Assembly (NCBI GenBank): GCA_964619035.1
Contig: CAZUBX010000005.1
Location: 2,643 to 66,642, forward strand
Length of the DNA: 64,000 nt
DNA from: an uncultured Syntrophaceae bacterium
Lineage (GTDB): Bacteria; Desulfobacterota; Syntrophia; Syntrophales; UBA2192
Reading direction: 5' to 3'
This document shows positions 17,161-26,547 of this stretch, piece by piece (the first letter of the stretch is position 1; each line of letters starts with the position of its first letter). A program made the position numbers and the translations under genes. Under the pieces are notes generated by a model, which was not told the DNA's origin, searched no databases, and saw only the letters and a list, made by a program, of their open reading frames with translations.

Positions 17161-18699
17161 TCAGGGAAGGTGTGTCGGGCGCAGGAGATCCTCGATGGTT
17201 TTTACGGGGTTGAAGGTCTCGACGGGGACCTCGACAAAGACAGTGTGCCAGTGGGCCATCGATCCGTTCCAGAGCCCGGGGAGCTCGAGCGCCTTGATGT
17301 CGCAGCCCTCGTGGGATTTCGTCGAGATGAAGACCTGCTCTGCGTCGACGAACCGCTCGAGATCGAATTTGCGCCCCCTGAAATCGCGGATGCCGCAGAC
17401 GAGATCGACGGGGTTGAAGTGAGTCGACGACGCCCAGAGGGCCGCCTGGTTGCCCCGGCTTTTGTCCACCTGGACTTCCTCAACGATCTGCAGGGAGCAG
17501 CTGCCGTCAATGCCCGTCACCCAGAAAGGCCCGCCCCCCGGTTCCCCCTCGTTTTTCACCATCCCGCAGACGCGAAGGGGCCTGTTGAGCTGCCCGATCA
17601 GGACCTGCCTGCGCTCTTCGAGCGGCCGCCCCTCGAAGCCGGGCGGCAGAGCGCAGCTCAGCCGATCCGTGGAAAAGCGGGCAGCCGCGCCGATTACGCT
17701 TTCCCCCGCTGAGCGCTCCGACAGCGCCCGCAGGTGACCGAAGAGCTCGCGCTGCAGCCCTACCAGGTAACCGCCGAGAATTTTCTTGTACAGGACCGTC
17801 GTGTCCTTGAGCCGGTCGGGGACGATATTGTCGATGTTCTTGATGAATACAATGTCCCCGTCGATGCCGTCCAGATTGTAGAGCAGGGCGCCGTGCCCTC
17901 CCGGCCGGAAGAGAAGCCGGCCATCGCGGTTGCGGAAGGGACGGTTTTCGAGATCCACGGCGATCGTGTCCGTCGATTCGCTCTGAATGGAAAGCCCGAT
18001 CTCGAAGTGCACGCCGAGGCGCTTCTCATAGATACCGGTGACCCGGCCCAGGAGTTCTTTCACCGGTTCCAGGTGCTCTTCCGAAACGGTGAAGTGGATT
18101 CGGCAAAGGCCGTTGCCGTCTTTCGCGTAGAGGGCCGCCTCCACGAGGTGCTCCTCGAGGGCCGTCCGTGACCTGTCATCGTATTGGTGGAATTGCAGGA
18201 GCGCCTTGGGCTTCCAGGCGTAATGAAGTCCCTTTTCGTTGAGGATGAAATCGAGGGTCTCCAGTCCCCGGCCCCGGCCGACAAGATCCCCCGGATCATG
18301 GCCGGCCCCGTAAAGCGCTGCAACCAGGTCCCCGTAAAAGGCATAACGGGACAGGCTTGCCGCAAAGGCCTCGAGATCCTCGCGGCTTTCGAATCCGCCC
18401 CGATTGAAAACACTGTGCCACTCCTTGAACATGCGCGTGGCGGCACCCGAAGCAGGGACAAACTTCAGGCATCGCCCGGCCCTCGCCGCCTCGTCATGGA
18501 GGGCCACAAGGCTCTCCCGCTCAACGTCAGCGACCCGGATGATCCCGTCACCGACCGTCGCCGGCCTGTCGAGGGTCACGGTCACCGCCCCAAGCCGGCA
18601 GAGATCGATCTGACGCAGGACCTTCTCCTGCGTGGTACCCCGTGCCCGGATGTGTTCGATGTCGGATGCACTCAGTATCTTATCGGCCACCTGTGGCAC
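17161..18699 (-). CDS. DUF4301-like protein (predicted nucleotidyltransferase-like fold; function unknown)
   Basis: 512 aa. The N-terminal pattern (SDIEHIRARGTTQEKVLRQI...GDGII...KFVPASGAATRMF) matches my memory of DUF4301 proteins. The family assignment was not verified by a search. Confidence 0.55.
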   Translation of the reverse strand: MPQVADKILSASDIEHIRARGTTQEKVLRQIDLCRLGAVTVTLDRPATVGDGIIRVADVERESLVALHDEAARAGRCLKFVPASGAATRMFKEWHSVFNRGGFESREDLEAFAASLSRYAFYGDLVAALYGAGHDPGDLVGRGRGLETLDFILNEKGLHYAWKPKALLQFHQYDDRSRTALEEHLVEAALYAKDGNGLCRIHFTVSEEHLEPVKELLGRVTGIYEKRLGVHFEIGLSIQSESTDTIAVDLENRPFRNRDGRLLFRPGGHGALLYNLDGIDGDIVFIKNIDNIVPDRLKDTTVLYKKILGGYLVGLQRELFGHLRALSERSAGESVIGAAARFSTDRLSCALPPGFEGRPLEERRQVLIGQLNRPLRVCGMVKNEGEPGGGPFWVTGIDGSCSLQIVEEVQVDKSRGNQAALWASSTHFNPVDLVCGIRDFRGRKFDLERFVDAEQVFISTKSHEGCDIKALELPGLWNGSMAHWHTVFVEVPVETFNPVKTIEDLLRPTHLP

Positions 18700-19855
18700 C
18701 TCCCTTGTTTCCGCCTGGCTTCTTCCTGACCAGTTCGATCACCGTGACCTCAGGCGGCGCGAGGAATCGGATGGGGGGTCCCCACGTTCCCGAGCCGCGG
18801 CTCACGTAAACATGCGAGTGGCCCAGGTCGTGGAGACCGCTTTCTGTGGGAAAATACAGTCTGACGATATGGTTGAACGGAAAGATCTGCCCCCGGTGGG
18901 TGTGGCCGGAGAGCTGCAGATCGAAGAGCCCCAGGGATTCCTCCTCAACGACCGGCCGGTGCTTGAGAAAGAGGACGAACCGGTCACGGGGCAGTCCCTC
19001 GAGGACATCCTTTTCCCCGTTGCTGCGGCCTCTCAACTCGAAACCCCTGCCCGCCGGGTCGTCGACGCCGGCAATCGTCAGCACGCCGCCGACATCGCGG
19101 CTCTCCCCCCGCAGGATTTCGAAGCCGGCATCCTTCGTGAAGGCAAGCGCCTTATCGAGACCCACATAGAACTCATGATTGCCCGTCACGGCGTACTTGC
19201 CTCGGGCGGGTTTGATTTCCCGAAACTGATCCAGAAGCCCCGGCAGTTGATCCAGCGACCCGTCGACGAGATCCCCCGTGGAGACGAGCATGTCAGGGTT
19301 CTCTTTTTTCACAACGTCGAGCATCCGCGCGAGCCTTTCCTCGCGGATGAGGAGGCCGAGGTGGACATCGGTGATCTGGCAGATCTTGAGGCGATCGACG
19401 CCGTCCGGGAGCCGGTCCGTCTCGATCACGACCCGCTCCGCCCGGACATGAAGGGCCTCGTAATATCCGTAGGCCGTCGCCGCAAAGGAAAAAATGAGCG
19501 GGACGAGGAATGCAACCCTCGCCCCCGGCACGAAACCCGAGAGGTCCTTCCGGGCGACAAGCCCGGCAAGGGCAATCAGGCCACGGTACAGATCGAAGGA
19601 CAGCAGCGCCATGACCAAAAGAAACAAAAACGCCAGCCAGAGATATCCTCCCCAGGAAAGGGCCCTTGCAACCGCATCGGCTCCCTGTCTTTCCAGAATG
19701 CGGGTCCCGACCGGGGCCAACATCATGAAAAGCGCGAAAAGCGCAAGCGGGATGCCCACGGCGGGGCCGAAGGGGAAGGCGGCCCTTGCCTTGAGAATGA
19801 CATATCCCTGCATCAGGCCGTATATCAAGAAGAAGCTGAGCAAAAACAGCGTCAT
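18680..19855 (-). CDS. membrane-anchored metallophosphoesterase (calcineurin-like)
   Basis: Four N-terminal TM helices, then DVHLG, GDLVDG, GNHE and GHTH motifs. ATG at 19855. Overlaps the next gene by 20 nt. Confidence 0.8.
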   Translation of the reverse strand: MTLFLLSFFLIYGLMQGYVILKARAAFPFGPAVGIPLALFALFMMLAPVGTRILERQGADAVARALSWGGYLWLAFLFLLVMALLSFDLYRGLIALAGLVARKDLSGFVPGARVAFLVPLIFSFAATAYGYYEALHVRAERVVIETDRLPDGVDRLKICQITDVHLGLLIREERLARMLDVVKKENPDMLVSTGDLVDGSLDQLPGLLDQFREIKPARGKYAVTGNHEFYVGLDKALAFTKDAGFEILRGESRDVGGVLTIAGVDDPAGRGFELRGRSNGEKDVLEGLPRDRFVLFLKHRPVVEEESLGLFDLQLSGHTHRGQIFPFNHIVRLYFPTESGLHDLGHSHVYVSRGSGTWGPPIRFLAPPEVTVIELVRKKPGGNKGGATGGR

Positions 19856-19979
19856 GGAATTCCGTTCTATCCCCGGGGATGGCGACGCTTCGCGAGAGGC
19901 ATCGGCGGCAATTGCAATCTTTCTATAAACTAATAACGTACTCCCGCTTTTGCAAATAGATATTCCGGAAGGGGTGCCG

Positions 19980-20954
19980 TCAGTCGAAAAACCTTCCCGG
20001 TGCAAAAAACCGCAGGGACCCGCCGGGGCCGAAACCGAGGGACGGGTCCACCGGGGGAAGGCTCCAGTCTCCCTGGGCAGAGCTCCCCGCCCCGAGCGCG
20101 GGCTCGAGCCCCAGGCAGAACTCGACACTGCGGTCAACAGCATCCTGAAAGAGCACGCCGATGCTTTGGCTGCGAACCTCCCCCGTCGAGGGGTGCCGGC
20201 AGGGGATCGCCCCCTCGATCCTCCAGCAATGGCCCATCAGCCGCGGCGAATAGACGAGGGCGAGGACTTCCCGGAGCTGCGGCGGAGAGACGGCCAGAAG
20301 AGACGGGGCGAGGCGCCCGGCCAGGCGGCTCCGGTAGAGGGACTGCATGAAGGAAAACAGCCGGAAGGATGACAACAGGCCCTCTGCAAAGCGCTCCGTG
20401 TCCTCGTCGCGAAGCCAGGTTTTTTCCAGGTGATCGTGCAGCTCAAGCAGGGGCATCTCCGCATCCCGGATGTAGGCGGCAAGTGAATGACCCCGCACCC
20501 TGTGATAGCCGCCTGCCAGGCACATGTCGATGAGCGTCTCCAGCCTCCGGTGATCCTGCCGCGCGGCGCTCCTGCGCTTGAGGTCCCGCGCATCATAGGG
20601 CCCGGTGAGATAAAAGATCAGGGGGTGCATCAGCGCGTCGGCATAGAGGTGGGTGATGAGTCCGACCAGGAAGGCAGTCAGCTGCTCCTTCAACTCTTCC
20701 GGAAGCCCCAACAGGTATCGCAGAAGCGACTCGATCAGTTCGACGGCATCTTCAACGGTTCCATGAAGCTTGGTCGGAAGGGAACCGAATCTGGAATCGA
20801 AGTCGCCTTTCAGATAGTAATAGGGGGCATCGTGGATAATGGCCCCGATGTGCAGAAGGTTTGGGTTGCGGCGCAGGGGCTCCTCGAAAAAGCTCCCCTC
20901 GAGTCGCTTGCATACGGCTTCGGCAACAAGCCAGTGGGTGATCTCTTTCGGCAT
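19980..20954 (-). CDS. zinc-dependent phospholipase C-like family protein
   Basis: The N-terminal ITHW..., IIHDAPYY and HLYADALMHP histidine pattern resembles the Zn_dep_PLPC family. Confidence 0.6.
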   Translation of the reverse strand: MPKEITHWLVAEAVCKRLEGSFFEEPLRRNPNLLHIGAIIHDAPYYYLKGDFDSRFGSLPTKLHGTVEDAVELIESLLRYLLGLPEELKEQLTAFLVGLITHLYADALMHPLIFYLTGPYDARDLKRRSAARQDHRRLETLIDMCLAGGYHRVRGHSLAAYIRDAEMPLLELHDHLEKTWLRDEDTERFAEGLLSSFRLFSFMQSLYRSRLAGRLAPSLLAVSPPQLREVLALVYSPRLMGHCWRIEGAIPCRHPSTGEVRSQSIGVLFQDAVDRSVEFCLGLEPALGAGSSAQGDWSLPPVDPSLGFGPGGSLRFFAPGRFFD

Positions 20955-20985
20955 GTCCTTTGGCAGTCTTACCTCTGGCGGAGTT

Positions 20986-22062
20986 TTAAATCAAGGTATT
21001 GAAGGGCGTGCACTCGCCCCTCAGGGCGAAGGGGTAGAGGATGACTTTGATGGCTTCGCCGGCTTCGGCCACGAGCCTGAATCCGAGGCCTGCCTCGGCA
21101 AGGGGCAGGCGGTGGGTGATCATTTTTTCGACGGGCACGCGGCCCGAGCGGATCAGCTCAATCGCCACAACGGCGTCATGGGGGGCATTGCCGTAAGAGG
21201 GAAGCACCCGGATCTCGTTGCGCCAGAAATCGTTGACCGGCACGGGCAGCTCGATGTCGGGATCCGTAGGGGCAAAGCACAGGATGGTGCCGCCCCGGTC
21301 AACCGAGAGCAGGGCCTGCCGGTATACGGAAAGGGCGCCTGCGCAGACTATGACCAGGTCGGCGGGTCTGCCTCCGTTCAGGGCCCTGAATCGGGCGGGG
21401 ACGTCCTCGGAGGCGTGAATCGCCGCATCGGCTCCGAGACTCATTGCCGCGCGGAGACGATGCTCGCTGATATCGGTCGTCACGATCCGCCCGGCGCCGA
21501 GGGCCTTCGCCAGCATGAGATGCAGAAGCCCCGAAATGCCGCTGCCGAGAATGAGCACGCTCTGAGCCGGCTGCAGCCCCGCGAGCCTCTGGCCGCGCAC
21601 AACGCAGGCAAGGGGCTCGACAAATACGCCCTGATCGAACGAGACATCGTCGGGGAGGATGAAGACTCCGCGGTCTACATTCAGGGCGGGGACGCGCAGG
21701 TACTCGCTGAACCCCCCCGGGTCGTAATTGGTCGAGTGCAGCGTCTCACAGGCCGTGTGGCTCCCCCTGAGGCAGTAATGGCAGGTATTGCAGGGGATGT
21801 GATGGGAAACGAAAACACGCTCGCCGATCCGATAGCGCTCCACACCGGCGCCCTTTTCGACGATGACCCCGCTGATCTCATGTCCGAGGACGATGGGGGC
21901 CTTCTTGATCCGGTACCACTCCATGACGTCGCTGCCGCATATGCCGCTGGCCATCACCCTGACGAGCAGCTCCCCCGCTGCGATCCGGGGAACGGGCCGT
22001 TCTTCGACGCGGATGTCATGGTTGTTGTAGTAGACGGCGACCTTCATCCCTTCTCGCATCAC
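20986..22062 (-). CDS. zinc-binding medium-chain alcohol/polyol dehydrogenase
   Basis: GICGSD, GHEISG and CNTCHYC (structural Zn) motifs plus a GSGISG Rossmann motif. The start is ambiguous (22062, 22059 or 22047). Confidence 0.85.
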   Translation of the reverse strand: MMREGMKVAVYYNNHDIRVEERPVPRIAAGELLVRVMASGICGSDVMEWYRIKKAPIVLGHEISGVIVEKGAGVERYRIGERVFVSHHIPCNTCHYCLRGSHTACETLHSTNYDPGGFSEYLRVPALNVDRGVFILPDDVSFDQGVFVEPLACVVRGQRLAGLQPAQSVLILGSGISGLLHLMLAKALGAGRIVTTDISEHRLRAAMSLGADAAIHASEDVPARFRALNGGRPADLVIVCAGALSVYRQALLSVDRGGTILCFAPTDPDIELPVPVNDFWRNEIRVLPSYGNAPHDAVVAIELIRSGRVPVEKMITHRLPLAEAGLGFRLVAEAGEAIKVILYPFALRGECTPFNTLI

Positions 22063-22109
22063 CTCATTAATTGTATTGTCTTTGTCGTGCCACAGCCGGA
22101 GTAACGGGC

Positions 22110-22192
22110 GACAGGCTGCAGGCTACAGGCCTCAGAAAACTTTGAAAGCACGATTCTGTTGCCTGTGGCCTGTGGCCTGCGGCCTGTAGCCT
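22110..22192. repeat. inverted pair of CAGGCNN heptamer arrays (long imperfect hairpin)
   Basis: Left arm gacaggc tgcaggc tacaggc ctcagaaaac (22110-22140). Right arm gcctgtg gcctgtg gcctgcg gcctgta gcct (22161-22192) in the opposite orientation, abutting the aldolase stop. Confidence 0.75.
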
Positions 22193-23000
22193 ATTTTTTC
22201 TTCCGTGCCTTTCCCGCATCGGCTTTCACCGACTGGAAAAGATCAAGCGCCTGCTTCACCGACGCCTTCTCGTGGATGATCGCACCGAGGGCCCGGATCA
22301 TGGGCACGGGATTCGGGCTCTGCCAGATGTTGCGCCCCAGGTTGACGCCGACGGCGCCCCGCTTCATGCCGTCGTGAACGAAGGAGAGCACCTCCATCTC
22401 GGTCTCGCACTTGGGCCCGCCTGCCATGACGACGGGAACGGGGCAGCCTTCCACGACCTTGTCAAAGTTTTTGCACCAGTAGGTCTTGACGACTCGGGCC
22501 CCCAGCTCGGCGGCAATACGGCTGCTCAAGGCCAAGTAGCGGGCCTCTCTCTGCTCGAGCTCCTTGCCGACGGCGGTGACGGCCATCACGGGGATCCCGA
22601 AGTCCTCGCAGTCGTTCACCAGATCGGCCAGGTTCATCAGCGATTCGTGCTCGTAGTCGCTGCCCACGAAGATCGAGACCCCGACGGCTGCCGCATTGAG
22701 CCGCAGGATCTCCTCGATGGAAGTGGTCAGCGCCTCGTTGGCAAGGTCCTGACCGATGATGCTCGTGCCTCCGGAGACCCGGAGGATGATGGGCTTGCTT
22801 CCCGCGGGGACGACGCAATTTCTCAACACGCCGCGCGTGACGAAAAGGGCCTCGCACCAGGGCAGAAGCGGCGCGATGGTCTCCCCCGGCCTCTCCAGGC
22901 ATGACGTAGGCCCCTGGAAATAACCGTGGTCAATCGGCAGGAACAGGCAGCGCCCGTTGCGGAAAAGCTGAGACATCCGGTTCTTCATTCCCCAGTCCAT
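22191..23000 (-). CDS. class I aldolase, DhnA/LsrF/FbaB-like (DeoC/LacD superfamily)
   Basis: LPIDHG..., VKTYW (Schiff-base Lys region) and GVNLGRNIWQ are typical of the family. Confidence 0.75.
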   Translation of the reverse strand: MDWGMKNRMSQLFRNGRCLFLPIDHGYFQGPTSCLERPGETIAPLLPWCEALFVTRGVLRNCVVPAGSKPIILRVSGGTSIIGQDLANEALTTSIEEILRLNAAAVGVSIFVGSDYEHESLMNLADLVNDCEDFGIPVMAVTAVGKELEQREARYLALSSRIAAELGARVVKTYWCKNFDKVVEGCPVPVVMAGGPKCETEMEVLSFVHDGMKRGAVGVNLGRNIWQSPNPVPMIRALGAIIHEKASVKQALDLFQSVKADAGKARKKK

Positions 23001-23072
23001 ATCAACTCTCCTCGATATCTTTCATGTCTTTGATGATTCGTTTGCGGTATCCGGTTCCCGCGGTACTCTTCG

Positions 23073-23093
23073 AAGGCTGCAGGCTTCAGAAAG
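23073..23093 (+). repeat. CAGGCTT-flavour array, short copy
   Basis: aaggctgcaggcttcagaaag. It ends in the TCAGAAA shared by the other copies. Confidence 0.6.
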
Positions 23094-23120
23094 ACTTTTC
23101 CCCAAACCTGAATTCTTGTC

Positions 23121-23158
23121 CTTCACAAATCACAAGCCACTAGCCACTTCTTCACCGG
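23121..23158. repeat. heptamer array (GTGGCTA flavour, reverse orientation)
   Basis: cttcacaaatcacaagccactagccacttcttcaccgg is the reverse complement of the type seen at 3503-3528 and 42050-42079. It overlaps the stop codon of gene 23152..24150. Confidence 0.7.
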
Positions 23159-24150
23159 TTCTGCTCGCCCAGCTGCTCAGCCAGACAGTCAAACACCGCA
23201 GTCCCCTCTTCCCAGGCGCAGGGAATGACACGGATTCCAAGTTTCTGAAACATCTCATTCTGTTCGCGTCCGAGCTCTCCCGGAACGACTAGAATCCGCC
23301 GGGGCACCTGCTCAAGCCTGACGCCCCTGAGCAGAAGCCTTGCCACGCCCCGCTCCAGGTCCGCCGGGACTGCCCCCGGGACAACCTCAAAGATAGCGGA
23401 GATCTGGCCGGCCGGATCGCGGGTGAAGATTTCTCCGCCGGGGCCGATCCCCACCCGGGCCCCCATGTCCTTCAGCCGGTGGGCCAGGTCGAGGGCGGCG
23501 AGGTCACGATCACATTCCGCGACATAATCCCGCCTCTCATGGACATACCGGCCGCCGATGAATTCCCCTCGAAAACGCTCATCATCGAAAAATATCCGCG
23601 CCTGCGGATCGTCATCGTCCCCCAGGTCCTTGATGGCATCGACCTTCCGGACGAATTGTGCAAGCTGCCTGACGAAGAGATGGGACTGCAGAGCGCCGAT
23701 CACCACGACGGCGCTGCGGGTGTTGCCGTCCTCGACTTCGCTCCAGACACCCCGGTAATGGGCCTCGAAGAGGAATTTCCCGACACCTCGTCTGCCCCCG
23801 ATCTTGCCGCGGTGGATGAGGAACACCCTCCCCGCATCATCCTGGGCAAAGGCCCCGCCGATCTTGCGGTCGAGGCTGCCCGTCGGTATATTGATTTCGA
23901 TCGTGCTGGAAACTGCGCCGCCGTCGGAGGGCCTGCCGAGCCCGAAGGCATTCAGGTAACGGTCGCCGGCGATGGTTCGCGCGTGAAACCAGATGCCGTG
24001 CTCGCCGGCCCAGGATACCTTCGCCCGCAAACTCTCGCCGGGGTGGCCGATCTTCACGGCAATCCGGCAGGTCACAAAGGGCCGCAGCGCCCGGATGAGC
24101 TGACGCTGGCAACGGCGGATCGTCGATTCATCGTCCAGGATTTTGAGCAC
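23152..24150 (-). CDS. hypothetical cytoplasmic protein, 332 aa, no recognised family
   Basis: Long ORF whose antisense partner has shadow-ORF composition. Its start overlaps the upstream gene by 23 nt. Notable segment IGGAFAQDDAGRVFLIHRGKIGGRRGVGKFLF. Confidence 0.55.
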   Translation of the reverse strand: MLKILDDESTIRRCQRQLIRALRPFVTCRIAVKIGHPGESLRAKVSWAGEHGIWFHARTIAGDRYLNAFGLGRPSDGGAVSSTIEINIPTGSLDRKIGGAFAQDDAGRVFLIHRGKIGGRRGVGKFLFEAHYRGVWSEVEDGNTRSAVVVIGALQSHLFVRQLAQFVRKVDAIKDLGDDDDPQARIFFDDERFRGEFIGGRYVHERRDYVAECDRDLAALDLAHRLKDMGARVGIGPGGEIFTRDPAGQISAIFEVVPGAVPADLERGVARLLLRGVRLEQVPRRILVVPGELGREQNEMFQKLGIRVIPCAWEEGTAVFDCLAEQLGEQNR

Positions 24151-24793
24151 CCGGAAGCCCCCTGATCTTGCCTGGATCCGCTCGTTGCTCCAGGTCCTGT
24201 ATCTTCATGTCGGCGCCGATCTGCCCGTAAACCCGGTTCCATTTCCGGAACTGGTTATCCAGATCGCTGAATGCTTTCACCATCGGAAGCTTCTCCGGCT
24301 TCTCCCCGTTAAGCCCGCGACCGATCGACACCAGCTGTTCGTTGAGCTGAAGTTGAAGCGCCATGATCTCCTGCAGCGGCCTCTCCCACCATGATCGCTG
24401 CCCGTTGTTGAGGCCGAGGGCAAACATCTCGTGTTTTTCCGTGAGTTGCGCAAACCCCCGATTCAGGTCCTCGGACTGGGCAGCAATTTCTTTCCATTGG
24501 GTATCGGTTGCGATCAGCATCTTCCGGATTTCCCGTGAATGAAAGGCGAGCAGTGCCGAGAGACGATAACATCCCACGAGCTGTTCCTGCTGCTGCTCAT
24601 CACCCTGAAGCCACGCATTGCGCTGGATCTGCCTCTCCTCCTGCTGTTCCGGCGGCCCTTTCGTGCCCGTGGGACCGATGGGTCTCACCCGGTCCTTGGA
24701 CGAGCTTCCCATCTGGGCCTCGGCCGTCAGCACAGACAGAAACCCCAGCAGCACAAAAACCATGGTAACAAGCCACACCGCTGCTTTCTTCAT
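24128..24793 (-). CDS. secreted hypothetical Gln/Glu-rich helical protein
   Basis: Signal peptide MKKAAVWLVTMVFVLLGFLSVLTAEA. ATGA start/stop overlap with the carboxypeptidase gene. Confidence 0.55.
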   Translation of the reverse strand: MKKAAVWLVTMVFVLLGFLSVLTAEAQMGSSSKDRVRPIGPTGTKGPPEQQEERQIQRNAWLQGDEQQQEQLVGCYRLSALLAFHSREIRKMLIATDTQWKEIAAQSEDLNRGFAQLTEKHEMFALGLNNGQRSWWERPLQEIMALQLQLNEQLVSIGRGLNGEKPEKLPMVKAFSDLDNQFRKWNRVYGQIGADMKIQDLEQRADPGKIRGLPGAQNPGR

Positions 24794-25743
24794 GAATCCC
24801 CGGATCCTCCCGTCGATTTCCGGCCCGACTCCACTGCCGATCCCGCTCGCGTCCCCTCAATTCCGGCCATGCGTTTCGCCGAGACGTGTGCCTGCACCGC
24901 CTTGAACCCCTGCTCGAGCAGGTTTCGGGCTTCGCGGAAGCGGGCCCCGGAACTGCGCGACCCCAGCACGATCGCCACGACGCGCGTGTTGTTCTTTCTC
25001 GCCGTCACGACGAGGTGATACCCCGATCCCGCCACATGACCCGTCTTCAGGCCGTCTACGTAATGATTCGTTTCGAGCAGGTGATTCGTGTTGCTGCGGA
25101 CTCTGCGGCCATATTCAAAGACGGGCAGGGAATGCATCTGAAGCGACTGGGGAAAGCGGTTGATGTAGGCGCAGGAGAGAGTCAGGATGTCCCTGGCCGT
25201 CGTCACCTGGCCTTCTTCCCGCAGCCCGCTCGGATTGCCGAAATGGCTGCCGGTCATGCCAAGCTCCAGTGCTTTCACGTTCATTCTCCTGACGAATTCG
25301 TCCACGTCGCCGCCGATGTATTCGGCCGCCGCGACAGAGGCATCGTTGGCCGACATGATGGCCATCCCCTTCATCAGATCCTCCAGCGCGATTTGCGACC
25401 CGGGTCGGATCCGCATCCGGGAACCGTTCACCTGGCTGACGGTTGAGCTGACGTGAACGATATCAGACGTACGGACCCTTCCTTCGCCAAGGGCCTCGTA
25501 AATCAGGTAAAGGCTCAGGATCTTGGTGAGCGATGCCGGCGCGATGGGTTCGTCGGGATTTTTCGAAAAGAGGATCTCTCCGGTGGTCATATTCATGACC
25601 AGGGCGGATTTCGCCGTGAGCCCTGCCTTGGCCTTCGGCTTTGGCTTAGCCTTTCGGGAAGCGGCCAACAGACCATCGGGCTGGAGAAACTGAATGGCCA
25701 GGACTGCCGCAAGCAGCAGAAGACTTCTTTTGAGATGCACCAT
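24790..25743 (-). CDS. D-alanyl-D-alanine carboxypeptidase (PBP5-type, peptidase S11)
   Basis: SLTK (SxxK), SAND (SxN) and KTG motifs are all present, with a signal peptide after ATG 25743. Confidence 0.85.
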   Translation of the reverse strand: MVHLKRSLLLLAAVLAIQFLQPDGLLAASRKAKPKPKAKAGLTAKSALVMNMTTGEILFSKNPDEPIAPASLTKILSLYLIYEALGEGRVRTSDIVHVSSTVSQVNGSRMRIRPGSQIALEDLMKGMAIMSANDASVAAAEYIGGDVDEFVRRMNVKALELGMTGSHFGNPSGLREEGQVTTARDILTLSCAYINRFPQSLQMHSLPVFEYGRRVRSNTNHLLETNHYVDGLKTGHVAGSGYHLVVTARKNNTRVVAIVLGSRSSGARFREARNLLEQGFKAVQAHVSAKRMAGIEGTRAGSAVESGRKSTGGSGDS

Positions 25744-25977
25744 GCGTATAAGTGATTTTCTCCAATCGGTTCTCGGACGGACCAGTGCCTCCGGCACGGA
25801 AGCCCGCCGCCCGATCACGGGAACGATAAGGGAAAACGAAAGGTCCCGTCAAGCAATTTATCTGCCCGCAACCGGGCAAATTACAGGTAACGGCAGCGCG
25901 GCGGCAAGCGGAAAGTGGTTCATGAATGGCTGGTGCCAAGGTTCGAGGATCGGTTCTTCGTTCCTCGGACCTCGTTC

Positions 25978-26547
25978 CTATTTCAGGATGCCCAGGATGA
26001 CCGGCTCGCTGCGTTCGGACGCCTCCGGGATCGCCTTCGGGTATCCCAGGATGATCGGGGCCACGATCTGCAGATCTCCCGTGATCCCCAGATCCTTCAG
26101 GATGGAGGAGTCCCGGAGGTGAGCCCCCAAACCGATCCAACAGGTGCCCAGGTTTCTTGCAGCAGCGGCAAACATGAAATAACAGGCCGCCAGTGAGCAG
26201 TCCACATCCAGGCTTCCCAGCCCCGACGGGCCGCAGATGTAAACGACGCAGGGGGCATTGTAGAAGACGTTGAACCCGGGATTGCGGAGAATGTCCTCGT
26301 AGCGCTTGATCGGGGAGGACGGGTCGGCTTCCAGGTCCGAGAGGAGATTTTTCTTGCTCTCGTCGGAGAGCTGCCTGACCTTCTCCCGGTTCGTCACAAT
26401 CGAAAACCGCCAAGGCTGTCCGTTCATGGCGCTCGGCGCCAGGCAGGTCTCCCGGATGATCTCCCGGACAAGATCCAACGGCACCGCCCTGTCCTGGAAT
26501 TCGCGGATGGAGCGCCTCGTGCCAAGAAGGGCCTGAAAGTCTTTCAT
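25978..26547 (-). CDS. nitroreductase family protein
   Basis: RRSIREF...APSAMNGQPWRF signature. ATG at 26547 overlaps the upstream stop (ATGA). Confidence 0.85.
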   Translation of the reverse strand: MKDFQALLGTRRSIREFQDRAVPLDLVREIIRETCLAPSAMNGQPWRFSIVTNREKVRQLSDESKKNLLSDLEADPSSPIKRYEDILRNPGFNVFYNAPCVVYICGPSGLGSLDVDCSLAACYFMFAAAARNLGTCWIGLGAHLRDSSILKDLGITGDLQIVAPIILGYPKAIPEASERSEPVILGILK

